DNA from: Anthoceros angustus
Taxonomy: Eukaryota; Plantae; Anthocerotophyta
Direction: 5' to 3'
Length of the DNA: 64,000 nucleotides
Assembly: GCA_010909165.1 (NCBI GenBank)
Contig: MU008173.1
Location: forward strand, 1,240,001 to 1,304,000
Shown: in pieces, positions 47,838-59,851 of the stretch
How the letters are laid out: each line of letters opens with the position of its first letter
Position numbering within the stretch: position 1 is the first letter of the stretch
Program-made: the position numbers and the translations under genes
The notes under the pieces: model-generated
What the model saw: only the letters and a program-made list of their open reading frames with translations
Told to the model about the DNA's origin: nothing
Databases searched by the model: none

Positions 47838-50207
47838 GTCTCGTTCCTCACTCTTGGAACTCGAATATCTACATGTGGCAACAGGCTATTTACCTCTCAC
47901 AATGAATGCGGACGGTGCATGAAGCAGGCATGCATTGGTTCAGTGTCGTTAGTCAGGCGTGCATTGGTACAGGAGCCTTCAAGAAGCCAATCCCTACACA
48001 AGGGGGTAAGCATGTCATCACGTCCTCATCAGGGATAGGCAAGACACACATTGTCAAGATCGACTGGACGTCTGTATGGCACCATGGGCTGCCATACTCA
48101 TCCGCATCTCCTTAGACTCAAACTATGGACGCCCTTCATCCTCAAGATGCGCTAGAGAGCTTGGAAATAAAGTTTTCAAATAAGACACTCAAGGTCGTCT
48201 GGAGGCTGATGAGTTTATGTGGTGCGTATAGGTTTCCAAATTATTTTAAAGAGAATTCTTACCGGATAGACACTCAAGGACCTTAGGTTTGATGAGTTTG
48301 TGTGGCACGTATAGTATCATCTATATGAATCCATCATGGATCTAGAGCTGCTGCAATAGGATTGACATCCTAACATTCTTACATGTGTGAAGTCGTCTCA
48401 TTCATGACATGCTCACATGAAAAAAAAATTATGGACCACCTTTGGAACAATTAAGGCACATATGAACTCAATACCTTGATTTAGTCATTTTCACAATGTA
48501 AATAAGTAGACTAAAGTCTCAACACATAAGCCTTGTCTGTTAGATATTATTGGCACTCTCATTTTGATTTTGCCGTTGTGAGATAGTTTTCCTCAATCAC
48601 AGCAGCACGTATTATCATCGAATTGATTCCAATATCATTAAATAAAGCCTCTGCAGAATGTTCACAATGTTGTCAAACATGGGAGACTAAGAGACCTTAT
48701 TTTGAAAAAGAGATGAGAAACCTACCTACCCACAAGAAGAGGAACAACTCATAAGGATATCAAACATGAAGATTACCAAGGACCTCCCAAGGAGCAATAA
48801 AAAAGAGGAGCAAGCACCGTGTTGCAGGTAGCATGCTAAGAGTCTTCAACTCATTCAACTCAACCTGGCATGTCAAATAGAGAGCTATGATGCTCCAATC
48901 TACTAAATCTTTAAAACTAAGAAAATATTGGAGCACCTGTACTCTCAAGCCATTGAAAGCTGTGGACACATTGGACACTACTACGTACCTTCATCACATA
49001 ATAAGTTCAAACATCCAAAAAATGTCCATGGTCCTCCAAGGGGTTTTGGTCTGCCCAAGTTAGTGACCCTCATAGTCTCCCCAAGTTACTTGTAGCTCAG
49101 ACCTATGTACATAGAAGGGATGGACGGAAGGACCCAGCAATCCCGCCTGCGGTCTCGCCTCGTCCCTCGGGCCTCACCCGAGCACACCAGGAAACCAGGA
49201 AATCAGGAAACCAGCAAACCAGCTGAGCTGTCGATCCCCATCCGAGGAGATCCACCAGTTGGTCACCTTGACTCCGTACCATTTAGCAGCCCGACTGGGT
49301 TTAATGAAGCAGTGGAGCCTTTATCAGCTTGAGGGCAAAGTCGTACGATCGAGTTTATGGACGCCTCGCTTCGGTTTCAGAGCATCTGGCTGTGAAAATT
49401 GATGGCAGAGCTTCTAGAAAGAGAGGGCAGTGGCAGCGCGGTCACGGGCGACGGCCACGGGCGTGAGTCGTGACACACTGTATACGACGATGATGATTGT
49501 GATTGGTGGAGGCGTGAAAACGAAAAGCAGGGAAGTGAGCGAATGATGATAGCGGGGGAGGGGAGGAGAGAACGTGGGCGGGAGATAAAAATAGTGGGAT
49601 ATCCATTGAAAAATGTGCAAGAGGGGAATGGAAAATTGGGCATGTCAGAAGCCGCTTATCCAGAGCAGGGCAGCGAAAGACGAAAGACAGGAAGGAAGAT
49701 GTGTTGGGGCCAGGCCATGCCAGGCCAGGCCAGTGATGAGAAGGCACCACAGTACCACACACTCCCCAGTCCAGGCGGGGCGCTACAGGACACAGCTGCC
49801 CTGCCCTGTCCTGTCCACTCTCCGACTGTCGCGCGTGCTTGCTTCTTGCTTCTTGCAGCTTGCAGCTTGCCCGGAGCCGCACCGTTCCCCGCCTTGCTTT
49901 CCTCCACCCGACAAGACGCGCTCGCCGGGCGAAGAAGTGGCCCATGTCCGACCCCGACCCCGACTCCGAATCCGACTCCCTCTCCCTCTCCCTCTCCTCC
50001 CCGAGTGGACCGGCTTCGGCTCCGGCTCCGGCTCCGGCTCCCCGGCTGCTGGCTGGGTCTGGCTCGTCCGCAGGGAAAGGAAAAGCAGCCCCCAGCCCCT
50101 CGGTCCCCCTCGGAGTCCCTGCATTGGCATGGTGAGGCTGCAGTTCCTGCTCCTGCTCCTGCTCCAGCTCCCGCTCCCCCTCCCGCTCCCGCTGCAGCTG
50201 CTCTCCG

Positions 50208-51950
50208 ATGCCTGAGGCGGCTGCGGGACTGGACGCCCCGGAGGCGGACGCCGGGGCGGCGGGGGAGTTCGATTTCAGAACTGCAGCTCGCTTCGCAGGG
50301 GAGGGGAACGGGAACGGGAACGGGAGCGGGAACGGGAACGGGAACGGGAACGGGGAGTGGTCGCCCTTGCACCCGCGGGCTCTGCCGGGGGCCGCCGGGA
50401 ATGGAGCTCCTGGAGGGGATGCCAGGCTCAAGGCGCTCAAGGAGGCGCAGAAGCAGCAGCAGCAGCAGATGTGGAAGTGGCCTTTGTATCCTGGCACTCC
50501 CGCTAGGAATTTCGCGCAGTCGCAGCCGCAGCCGCAGCCGGCCGTGGCTATGGCGGAGAAGCGGGCCGTCGGGGTGGAGGCGCCTTCCGGAGGAAATGTG
50601 CCGCAGAGGTTCGGTGCTGTGAAATTCAATACTGCCATCGCGGTGAAGCCGCCTCGGTCCAAGTGGGACGACGCGGAGAAGTGGCTGGTGAACACGGGAG
50701 CCGGGGATTCCCCTGCGCATCCGCAACAGCAGCAACAACTGTTACAGCAGCAACAGCCACAGCAACAACATCTGATTCTGCAGCAACAGCAGCAGCAGAT
50801 GCAGGTGCAGGTGCAGCTGCAGAGCAAGTACCTTCGGGCAAGAGGAGGAGGCTCGTCCTCGATTGCGGAGAGCTCGGATGGAGAAACCGGATCCTCTCGC
50901 ACTGCGGAGTTCGTGTTTCCCACGGCGGGGGCCGGGGCTGTCCCGGCGGCCACCTCCCCACCTCCCAGGCACAAGCAGCTTCTGCAGCAGCCGCCCCGGC
51001 GGAACGCGGGGACGGGGATGTCGGGGAGGTTCTTCTCCGCAGAGGATGTGCCGAAGAGGAGTGCGCGGCCGGCCGCGGAGCAGGAGGCGGAGGCGGAGGC
51101 GGGGGGAAGCGCCCTGTTGGATGCTGCGGAGGACGGGATCGGTAGCTCCATGGGAAGCGAGGCGTTCAAGGACAAATTCGCGGACTCCGTGGTGGAGCAG
51201 CAGCCGCAACCGCAGCCGCAGTCACCGCAGGCGCAGGAAGGTCAGATTGTGGTGTCGCACCGGGACATGGGGACACAAATGACTCCCATTCCCAGCCAGC
51301 GGGCGTCCAGATGCGCCACGCCGGGCCGGGCCAACTCGCCGTCCCGCCACAACACGCCGTCCCGGAGGTCCGCGTCGCTGGGATCCATCTGCCTGGACCT
51401 GATCGAGCTGCAGACCTGTCACCTGGCCAAGCTGGAGCTGCGGCAGCTCTCGGAGGGCGTGGAGGGACCGGGGGGCGCCATGCTCGTAAACGGCCAGGGC
51501 GCGGAGCACGGCAGCAGCAACTGGAGCACCAAGGAGGAGGAGGAGGCGGAGAGCAGCAAGCGGCTGCGCCAGATCGACCTGGCCGAGGTGCGCAAGAGCG
51601 TGATCGAGGCCCGCACTGCGGCGTGGCAGGAGGCCGAGCAGGCCAAGTACCTGGCCAGGTTCAAGCGGGAGGAGGTGAAAATTCAGGCGTGGGAGAATCA
51701 CAAACGGGCGCAGGCGGAGGCGGAGATGAAGCGCATCGAGGTGAAGCTGGAGAAGATGCGGTCCCACGCCAACGAGAAGGCCATGAACAGGCTCGTGTCC
51801 GCCCATCGGAAAGCCGAGGACATGCGCGCCATGGCTCAAGCGAAGCGCAGCGAGGCTGCTGCTAAGACCGTTGCTGGAGCCCAGCAAATTCGCCAGACGG
51901 GCCGCATCCCGCATCGTCCTTCATGCTTCTCGTCCTCCTGCGCCTCCTGA
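50208..51950 (+). CDS. Remorin (long N-terminus, group 6-like)
   Basis: SKWDDAEKWL, RDMGTQMTP, WSTKEEEE, AAWQEAEQAKYLARFKREEVKIQAWENH coiled coil, C-terminal Cys-containing anchor. The start may be 49944 via a 66-nt intron (50132-50197). Confidence 0.92.
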   Translation: MPEAAAGLDAPEADAGAAGEFDFRTAARFAGEGNGNGNGSGNGNGNGNGEWSPLHPRALPGAAGNGAPGGDARLKALKEAQKQQQQQMWKWPLYPGTPARNFAQSQPQPQPAVAMAEKRAVGVEAPSGGNVPQRFGAVKFNTAIAVKPPRSKWDDAEKWLVNTGAGDSPAHPQQQQQLLQQQQPQQQHLILQQQQQQMQVQVQLQSKYLRARGGGSSSIAESSDGETGSSRTAEFVFPTAGAGAVPAATSPPPRHKQLLQQPPRRNAGTGMSGRFFSAEDVPKRSARPAAEQEAEAEAGGSALLDAAEDGIGSSMGSEAFKDKFADSVVEQQPQPQPQSPQAQEGQIVVSHRDMGTQMTPIPSQRASRCATPGRANSPSRHNTPSRRSASLGSICLDLIELQTCHLAKLELRQLSEGVEGPGGAMLVNGQGAEHGSSNWSTKEEEEAESSKRLRQIDLAEVRKSVIEARTAAWQEAEQAKYLARFKREEVKIQAWENHKRAQAEAEMKRIEVKLEKMRSHANEKAMNRLVSAHRKAEDMRAMAQAKRSEAAAKTVAGAQQIRQTGRIPHRPSCFSSSCAS

Positions 51951-51965
51951 TCTCCTGACCCTCAT

Positions 51966-52092
51966 CTCTTCACTCTTCTGGCTGCTGGCTGATTTTTTGT
52001 TCAAGGCTTGTTAGCAACTTTATTCAAGTAACTCTTCTCTTCACTCTCCTGGCTGCTAGCTGATTTTTCTCAAGGCTTGCTAGCTACTTTAC
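51966..52092. repeat. About 65-bp direct repeat x2 in the remorin 3' region
   Basis: TCTCTTCACTCT.CTGGCTGCT.GCTGATTTTT..TCAAGGCTTG.TAGC.ACTTT occurs twice. Confidence 0.8.
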
Positions 52093-52381
52093 TCATTTAC
52101 TTGTCTTCAGCTGCTTGATAGTTGTAATATGCCGCAAGGAGCGTAGGTAGCAGAACTGAGTGCAGATGGTTACCCTAAGCTTTTAGAAGCTTGTAGACCT
52201 TCTACTTGTCTAAAGCTTGCTTGCACGTATTGCTCTACATACTGCGTACAGACAGGGAATACTGGAGATTGTCTCCACTTCAAAACTGAGCAGTCTTTTA
52301 GCGCTTGTTGCACTAAATGACGTGACTGCCTAAAAGGAATCCTGACATACCTCTTTCCATCACAGCCCTAGCCAGTAGCCA

Positions 52382-53697
52382 TCAAGAGACAACCTTCTGC
52401 AGAAACTTATCTGTGGAGCTCTCCTTCTGTTCTTCTAGATCATGTGCAGAAAGCAACTCCTTCACCTCCTCATCTGCTACGGGGCCTGGGGGAGGGGGCG
52501 GTGCAGGGCCTGACACAGTCTGTTGATACAGAACTCCTCCGAAAATACAGACCAAAAGAGCCAGAATGCCCAGGGGGGACGCATGCTTGTTCCACATAAG
52601 CACGTTTATGACAACCGTGAGCAGCTTGTTTACTACTCCAACCACGGTATAAGCTGTAGCTGAGATTGCCTTCCGAGCCGAAAAGCCGAAGAAGGAGATA
52701 CTCAGCCCAAACACGCAGGAGGCAAGCACAGGGAGAACCACTCCTGGTGACAGCCAGTTCGATTGCGACCACATGGTAAATATCTCCCTTTCCTCTCCCA
52801 TGACCAGTAGCGTGGGAGGGAAGAATGCCTGCACATCACGTGACTCGTGATCAGTCGCACATACGAGCATCAGGCGTCATGGCATTCGTGATGGTGCCGA
52901 GAAGGGTTCCGAAACTAAAAGAGGTATTGGTGTGTACCAGAGCGATAAGATTATTGTACAAAACTAAGCCCCACGTTTTGAGCCCCACTGTCATGACCAC
53001 ATGCTTGATATACACCATCTGCAGAAACAGTTGGCAAGCTGTGAGCGCGCCTGTGCGGAAACCGAGTCAGGAGTAGTAGGCGGCAAAGATCGGAGTAGAA
53101 AATACCTCGAATGTGATGGTGGCTAGGTAGGACAAGGCCCAGAAGTAGGCAGTCACGGTGAACTGGGAGTCAGAAAGCACATAGGCAACTGCACCCGCCA
53201 GAATCACTAGCAAGGAGCCGAAAGTGCTCCGGGAGGGCCAAGGCCTCCCCATGAAGAACGAGTCCGCTATAGCCACCATCAGAGGTGTTGACGATCGAAA
53301 CACAATAAACGTCTGCATTACACAGCAAGAAGCCGCGTGGTGAGCGCATCAGCCTGGCAAACACAAAGGGAAAACCTAACAATGCATGAGACTGTGCATC
53401 TCATTGATGTACCTCGACGTTGGCGTGCTTCAACAACTCTGTGTTGGTGAAGATGGCAACGTAAAAGACGGCGGCAGCAGGGAGAAACTTCTTAATCATC
53501 TCCCAGCTTATGGCATCGTGCTCCACCACCTTGAACTTCCCCAAGACGAGCACCACCAGAGTACACGCGAGGTACTGCAGCGCCGTGAGCACGGCAGGGA
53601 AGGGGAACACGGTCACCGCATACTTGTTGATGATGGCCAGCATGCTGGAGCTGAAGGCATAGCCGAACACCACGGTTCCCACGGCTAGGAAATTCAT
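52382..53697 (-). CDS. Golgi GDP-sugar transporter, GONST3/GONST4(GFT1) type
   Basis: LAIINKYAV, LTALQY, KKFLPAAAVFY, FTNTELLKHANVE|TFIVFRS, MVYIKHVV..GLKTWGLVLYNN, SCVFGLSISFFGF, GDP-sugar motif GVVNK. Confidence 0.92.
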
Positions 53698-56600
53698 GGT
53701 GCCCCTCCTGCTCGGAAGCAATGCAGCAAGCTCCTGGAATAAAACCTGCTCTACCAAACTGAGGCGCAGCGACGTGCTGTGCACCACAGTCTCGAGCACG
53801 GCATCATCCTCAAGCTCACCCCAGTGTCACCCGATCTTCGCCACCGCCTCCAGAAGTCCGCACAGGCCGCATTCACCTTCCGAGCTACGCAATTCCCGTT
53901 GGTGGCAAAATGCGAGAAACCTGATTCACGATTGAGGTGCGCGCTGCGCCGGAACCCGCAACCCGCAACCCGCAACCCACGGCTTTCAGCGTTCCGAGAA
54001 TAGTCGGGGACGTGCTTAGCGTGGGACAAGGTGGGAAGAACGAAAGAATTCGTCAACGTCTCCGCCGCTTCTCACTGGTCCGATCGGTCACTCCTTCTCC
54101 GGGGCATGTTGTCGTCACGAACGCCGCTTCACGACTGGAGTGAATATCTTTTGCGTGATTAAATTGCGACAGCTTTTTCCTTTCCTTTTCCACATGGTCA
54201 CTACCAACCATGTATGTACTGGTAGGATACGAACTGGTTCACAGGCATTTCAGACAATAAGCAAAACCATAGCACAAAACCGCCAAAAGCAGTTATTCGA
54301 ATAAGCAGAAATAAAATATGTACAAAGCTGGCACCAAAACGATGCCAGAAATGCCTATGGGTAGGTACTACCTGGGCGGTCAGGCCCCGCCAGTCCAAGC
54401 ACGAGATGCCTTTATTCCTTACTCCTGGCAAACCAACTACCTACATACTTGGCACTCTCTACCTCTGTAAGCCAAGGACTGGCCAGGCCGCCAGATAGCT
54501 CTTGACACGCTTCAGAACTGAACATCAGCCTTCCCATATCCTTGTCCGCATAGATGAACCTGCACCACTAAGCAGCTTGGGCACATGGGCTGTCGCATGC
54601 GTGCAAGCATATGGCCACCTCAGGACTGACCGCGCCCAACACAGCGCATGACACGAGAGGGCACGATCTGGAATAAGCCTGCCTGAAAAGACCTGACCGC
54701 CACAATACGCGTAGCAATTCTGGGCACCAAGCCGTCGCCCTCTGCAAAACAAAGTTAAATGGGTGGGGCGCCTGCGTGCGTCTGCTTGTGGCTTGTCCCA
54801 TTCTGTACCAGCCATTTGCGAAACACACAAAGGGGAGATACCCAAAGACCACTCAGAGAGCACAGCTTAAACAAATCATGCCAAATGTAATGGGCCACCA
54901 GCAATAGAACAGCAGGGTTAGCATCGACCGCACAACTGGGATGTACCAATTCCCCGGCCAGTGTACTTGTCGCCAGTGGCATCGCCTACGCCTGTTGGCA
55001 AGCTCCATTATCTCACAATCCCGTTCACAGATGACCTCCGTCGCAGACACAGCCACTCCAGCCACTCAGAGGCCAGCAGAGACCTGAAACGGTGGGACTT
55101 GTGGCCTTACATTGTCACAAACTTGTGCACGGGCACACTCCTCCCAAGTTTTGGACATTCCCCCGGCCCCCTCAACCCAATACCCAAAAATAAACAATCT
55201 AAAACAAAGGGTGTCAATCTGAAGAGAACAGGAACTCGTACAACTCCATTCTAAACTTCAAAAGCAACCTGATAGACAATGGTATGCCTTTCAAAAAAAC
55301 TTGAAAGCGTTCACAACTACCATTGAAGGCAAGCAACAACAGGTAAGAACTCGAGGTCATGATCTTGGCAGCGGACAGCCGGCCAACAGATCAGAGGGTC
55401 CAGTACAGAGCCTGCTGGAGGGGTGACTATTGGCTGGGAAGGGAGCAGAGCTTGTAAGACCCAGACAAAACTTCCGGTGTTAATCATAGATACACAGGTG
55501 TGAGGTTTGGTTAGCTCTTGGGTGGTGGGTGGCACCCACCAATCCATACATCACATGAAATAGACGGATCACACCACATCCATGTCATTCAAGTGTCAAA
55601 ACTTATTCTCAAGCAAACTTCAAACCTTAGGGTGCATGCATGACAGGACTCACAACAACAGCAAGAGCAAGACCAACTATGCACAGTTCGACACGTAGCA
55701 GCGGAAAACCAGATATCCAATATGATAAGAGAAATCGGGATTACAAAGTGCGAAGATGCACATATCAACTTAGTACACAACCACGGACGAAAGAGACTCG
55801 TGCCGTACCGAACTGTGCAGTAGCTGTGCTCCATCTACCACATGTCACTGGACCTGTAGGGAACTTCTTCAAGGCTCACTCTCATGACAGGCAGGAAGAA
55901 TATACACAATGTGGCCAGAACGTGGGGTTATACATAGTCTCCACAAGATTGCAACCAGTCTAAAAGCCTAAGACAGAGACCGAATTTAGAGTTGCAAGGT
56001 CAGCTCCTCTTGTCCAAAGCCAATCTTTTGGCACATGTACACTCTCCAAAGGAGGGGAACTATGGTTAAGAAAACATGTGATATATGCACACATTGTGCA
56101 AACGTGTTTTGTCATCCAAGAGCCACCTTTGAAGAGAAACAAGGTGACGAAGATCTGCTACTGGGCTGAGAAGCAGGAATAACTTGTCAAGGCACACAGT
56201 CCTTTTCTCAGAAATGTTACCAAAAAAGACAACTGCCAGACACAGTTCTCCTCCTTCTGTTCCATTTGTCTCCACTCATTAGAAACCCAAATTAGTACGT
56301 CACGAACTCAAAGGCTTGAGCGATATCCCACATCAATGGAGAAGGGAAGCAATGGATCTGATCGGATAGGCGAGGACGCAGGAAAACTGGCCAAGATCAA
56401 GAGAAGAAGGCCGAATGTGACAGGTGACAAGATATGAGACCAGGACGGGTTTTGTGGCAGGACAGATGGAAGTCCTTATACAACAGGCACATCTAGCCCT
56501 ACACACAAGAGATATGTATACCCAAGAGAGTGTCCACGGGAGGCCAGAGGGGATAGAGACGGGACGGAACGAGAGGAAGCTGCAGTAATAAGTCTCCTGC

Positions 56601-56769
56601 ACATCGTTCACAGCTCACCTAGCCTCTGGCAGGAAAGTGGGGCAGACTTACAGAGAGGTAGTAGTAATTAGGCGGTCTTGGTTGAGCTCCATAATCCACC
56701 CCCTTTCGTAAGAAGTCATCGAGCAGACAGGCAGCAACCAATAAGGTTTCCAATTACGACATATCAGCT

Positions 56770-58653
56770 TCACTTGATCGCATTGTCGGGTGCCTGTGCC
56801 TGTGCCTGTGAGAACTTAAAGCCGATCACTGCAGCAATGTTCTGATTGAGAAGTGCGAACCCCTCCAAGAGCTTCTCCAGCTTGTCATTCACTCGCTCAA
56901 GCACACAAAGCTGAGGCCTGCGGCTTTCCTCCCCAGTGTGCCCCGTCCTCTCCACATGCTCCATGTGCTGCGTCAGCAGGTCCATCATCAGCTCAGCTCG
57001 ATACTTCATGGCCTCCTCCCTCTTCTCCGAAGCCTCCAGCTGCGCCTTCATCAACATTTGCATCTCCTTCAGAGAAGAGCTGATGCCGCGGGTCTTCTTC
57101 TCAACAGGATTCACACAGCCGGGGTCGTTGGCAGAATACAGGATATCCTCTCTCCCAAAATCCGCCGCGAACGCATCACCACCGTCCTCCAACCGAGGGT
57201 CCCCGCCAAACACGTCTCCCTTGGAATCAAGATTGAGATACTTGTCCTCCAAGGCGTGCGCAACGGGAATCGCCCTGGCGTCTTGCGATGCCCCAGCCGC
57301 ATACCCGGACCCGGCAGCAGCCAAGCGGGGAAGCGGAGTGAGGTTCTTCCCCGACACCTCGTACCAAACATCATAAAACTTAGGCTTGAGAAGCTCCCGC
57401 CCGGCAATGCTAGGATTCCAGGACGGCTCTGAGCGTGCAATCTTAGCAGAGAGATACCTGTAGTCCGTGCACTCCCGCCTCACGCTCCAGTACTTGCTCT
57501 GGCACTGCTTCTTGGAGAAGTGCTTACCGAACCTCTCCTGCATGGCCTTGAGGATGGGAGTCCACTTCTTCTGGTACTTCACCTGGCCGTTGCTCTCCTC
57601 CCACAGCCGCTGGTGGATGGCGTCGTAGGTCCGGAAGAGGAACTTGACGGACTCGTCCGTCCACGTGATGGCCTGATCCGGGGACGCGCTCTTCCTCTCG
57701 TTCTTCTTCTTCTTCTTCCCATCGCCGCCGGCCCCGGCCTCCCTCGATGTCTCCTTGCTGCTGGATCCGCTGTAGAGCGCGGAAGGGGAGCAGAGGCCGG
57801 GCGCCGCCTCCGCCTCCTCCACGCCCCCGCGTTTGCGCTTCTTTTTCTTCTTCTTGCCGTCCTCGGACTCGTCCACGTCCGACTCGTCGTCCCTGGCTCC
57901 CACCCGCTTGGCCTTCCTCCGCCCGGGCTCCTTCCCCGCCAGGCCCTTGTCCCCGTGCCGCTGCAGCGGGTCCTCCCTGGGAGACGTCCTCTTGGCCGAG
58001 CGGGCCCGCGCGGGCTCCTCCTCCTCCTCAAACGGGATGTCACTGCGGTTGCTGAATTCCGGACTCCCGGTGGAGTTCTCACTGCCCTCGCCGCCTTCCA
58101 TCTGTCCCTCTCCCTTGAGGAATGCGCGGCCGGCCGCGCCCCCGCCGCCGCTCCTCATGATGCTGTCCACCACCACGCCCTCGCTCTGCACGAGGTGCTG
58201 CCACGCCGAGGACGCCAGGAACTGCTCGGAGAAACCCGGCAGAATCTGCTGCAGCGGCGAGCCCTGCAGCAGCAGCTGGCCGGCCGCTCCGCTCGCGGAG
58301 CCCGGCTGCTGCATCCAGCCCGCGCCGGGCAGGCCTGGGGCCCCGGATCCGATTCCGCACCCGCCGCTCACCGTCCATCCCGGCCCGTAGAGCTGCGAGA
58401 AGAAGGAGGCCCCGGCGGACGGCGAGAAGGGCGCGGGCACGAAGAATGAGGGCAGGAGGCCCGGGCGGAAGCCGGCGTCGTCCCCCGAGCTGCCGGAGGT
58501 CCCGGAATCCTGCTTCTGCAGATGCTGCGCCTGCTCCGCCCACAGGCACTCCTGCTCTTCCAGCTGCACTTGCAGCGGCCCATCGCGCAGCGCCTCGTCC
58601 GGAGACGGCGAGGACGCGGACTCGGACCTCGCCAGCTTCATGCTCTCACACAT
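56770..58653 (-). CDS. Myb/SANT-like (trihelix/MADF-type) DNA-binding protein with C-terminal coiled coil, intronless
   Basis: 627-aa ORF; WTDESVKFLF...KKWTPILKAMQERFGKHFSKKQCQSKYWSVRRE; poly-Lys NLS-like tracts; helical E/K/M-rich C-terminus. Confidence 0.8.
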   Translation of the reverse strand: MCESMKLARSESASSPSPDEALRDGPLQVQLEEQECLWAEQAQHLQKQDSGTSGSSGDDAGFRPGLLPSFFVPAPFSPSAGASFFSQLYGPGWTVSGGCGIGSGAPGLPGAGWMQQPGSASGAAGQLLLQGSPLQQILPGFSEQFLASSAWQHLVQSEGVVVDSIMRSGGGGAAGRAFLKGEGQMEGGEGSENSTGSPEFSNRSDIPFEEEEEPARARSAKRTSPREDPLQRHGDKGLAGKEPGRRKAKRVGARDDESDVDESEDGKKKKKKRKRGGVEEAEAAPGLCSPSALYSGSSSKETSREAGAGGDGKKKKKNERKSASPDQAITWTDESVKFLFRTYDAIHQRLWEESNGQVKYQKKWTPILKAMQERFGKHFSKKQCQSKYWSVRRECTDYRYLSAKIARSEPSWNPSIAGRELLKPKFYDVWYEVSGKNLTPLPRLAAAGSGYAAGASQDARAIPVAHALEDKYLNLDSKGDVFGGDPRLEDGGDAFAADFGREDILYSANDPGCVNPVEKKTRGISSSLKEMQMLMKAQLEASEKREEAMKYRAELMMDLLTQHMEHVERTGHTGEESRRPQLCVLERVNDKLEKLLEGFALLNQNIAAVIGFKFSQAQAQAPDNAIK

Positions 58654-59218
58654 TCCCGTCTACCCGCACGCACCACGCTGCCAAAACCCCGGAATCCCAC
58701 CCTGCCACCCCCTCGCCGTTCCGTTCCTGGTCCGCACCCCGTTGCGGATATTCCACGCCTCCGCGCACATGGGCAACCTATCCCGCATTTTCGCCCTATA
58801 CTTTTCATGCCTGCCCCATTATCTTATCTACCTATGTACGTACGTATCACTTTTAACCCAGCCACGGAGCCACAGGGCCACAGGGCCACCACCAAGTTTC
58901 TAATTACAGTCCACGTGAGGACTTGAGCTCGTTTAAAAGTCTGATAATCTGGTCAATTGTAAATGCAAGTATTAAAAACTTTGATCACCTTATCCATTGT
59001 AAATACAAGTGCATTTACGTAGGCTGAGAGGAGTGCTGCCATCTCAAGTCAAACATCAATGAACTCAAGATCTCCTACTTAGTGGAGGTAGAAGCTTTAA
59101 CCAACAACAACAACAACTTTATTTGTCATGGGTCGGAGATAGTACACAGCGTAAACGAGGAGCTATCTAAGATGGTTTTGTCAAAAATTCTTAAAGACAT
59201 CCTAATGTTTTGAAAACT

Positions 59219-59851
59219 GGCATGAGTACAACAAATAAGAGTGTTCGACCCTATGGCGTACTCTGGATAAGGAATTGCATGAGTACGATTGCATGAGTAC
59301 GACAAATGAGAGTGCCTGACCCAATGGCGTACTCTGGGTAAAGGAATTGCATCACGAGAGTGCCTGACCCTATGTGTACTCTGGATAAGGAATTGCATGA
59401 GTACAACAAATGAAAGTACCTTGCATTTACTCTAGTTGCCATTACTTTGGAAGACATATAAACTAATATACAAACTTGACATTGTCGTACCATATACAAT
59501 CCACCATTTAGACCGAGTAAAAATATTATTTAATTTCCATCTCGGCATCTCATCATCCCTGTGCCACATATGTACATTCCGTCATTAGGACCACATACCA
59601 TTCCATCATTCGTGTCATCCCCGGTGCCACATATATTCCACCATTTGGACCACGTACAACATTCGGGCACTACGTTGCCGAGGTGATATTCCACCATTTG
59701 GACCACGTACAACATTCGGGCACTACGTCACCTCGGCATCGTGATATTTAGCACTGTGACATTTAGGCATCCCGTTATCCCGGCACTATGACATCTAGGC
59801 ATCCTGTTATCCCGGCACCCAGTCGGTGCTACATCCCGTTATCCCGGCACC
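59219..59851. repeat. Cluster of three unrelated short tandem repeat families in an AT-rich island (probable TE remnant)
   Basis: About 57-bp GCATGAGTAC..GAGTG..GACCC.ATGGCGTACTCTGG units (59219-59410); CCACCATTTGGACCACGTACAACATTCGGGCACTACGT x2 (about 59638-59729); GTTATCCCGGCAC x3 (about 59774-59850). Confidence 0.75.

Noticed and set aside
48100-49100. Possible transposon coding remnants (also 42800-43260, 5000-5900 and 62800-64000)
   Set aside because: Degenerate or AT-rich sequence, but no RT, integrase or transposase motif, LTR or TIR could be identified by eye.
49442-51175. 577-aa minus-strand ORF and other long ORFs overlapping the remorin
   Set aside because: Antisense or alternate-frame shadows of a GC-rich, repeat-rich CDS; poly-Cys simply mirrors poly-Gln codons.
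54200-56700. Many short ORFs between the transporter and the Myb/SANT gene
   Set aside because: No recognisable motifs or consistent exon chain; possibly UTR or non-coding.
57520-58926. Several 130-310 aa ORFs overlapping the Myb/SANT gene
   Set aside because: GC-rich shadow ORFs with no domain signatures.
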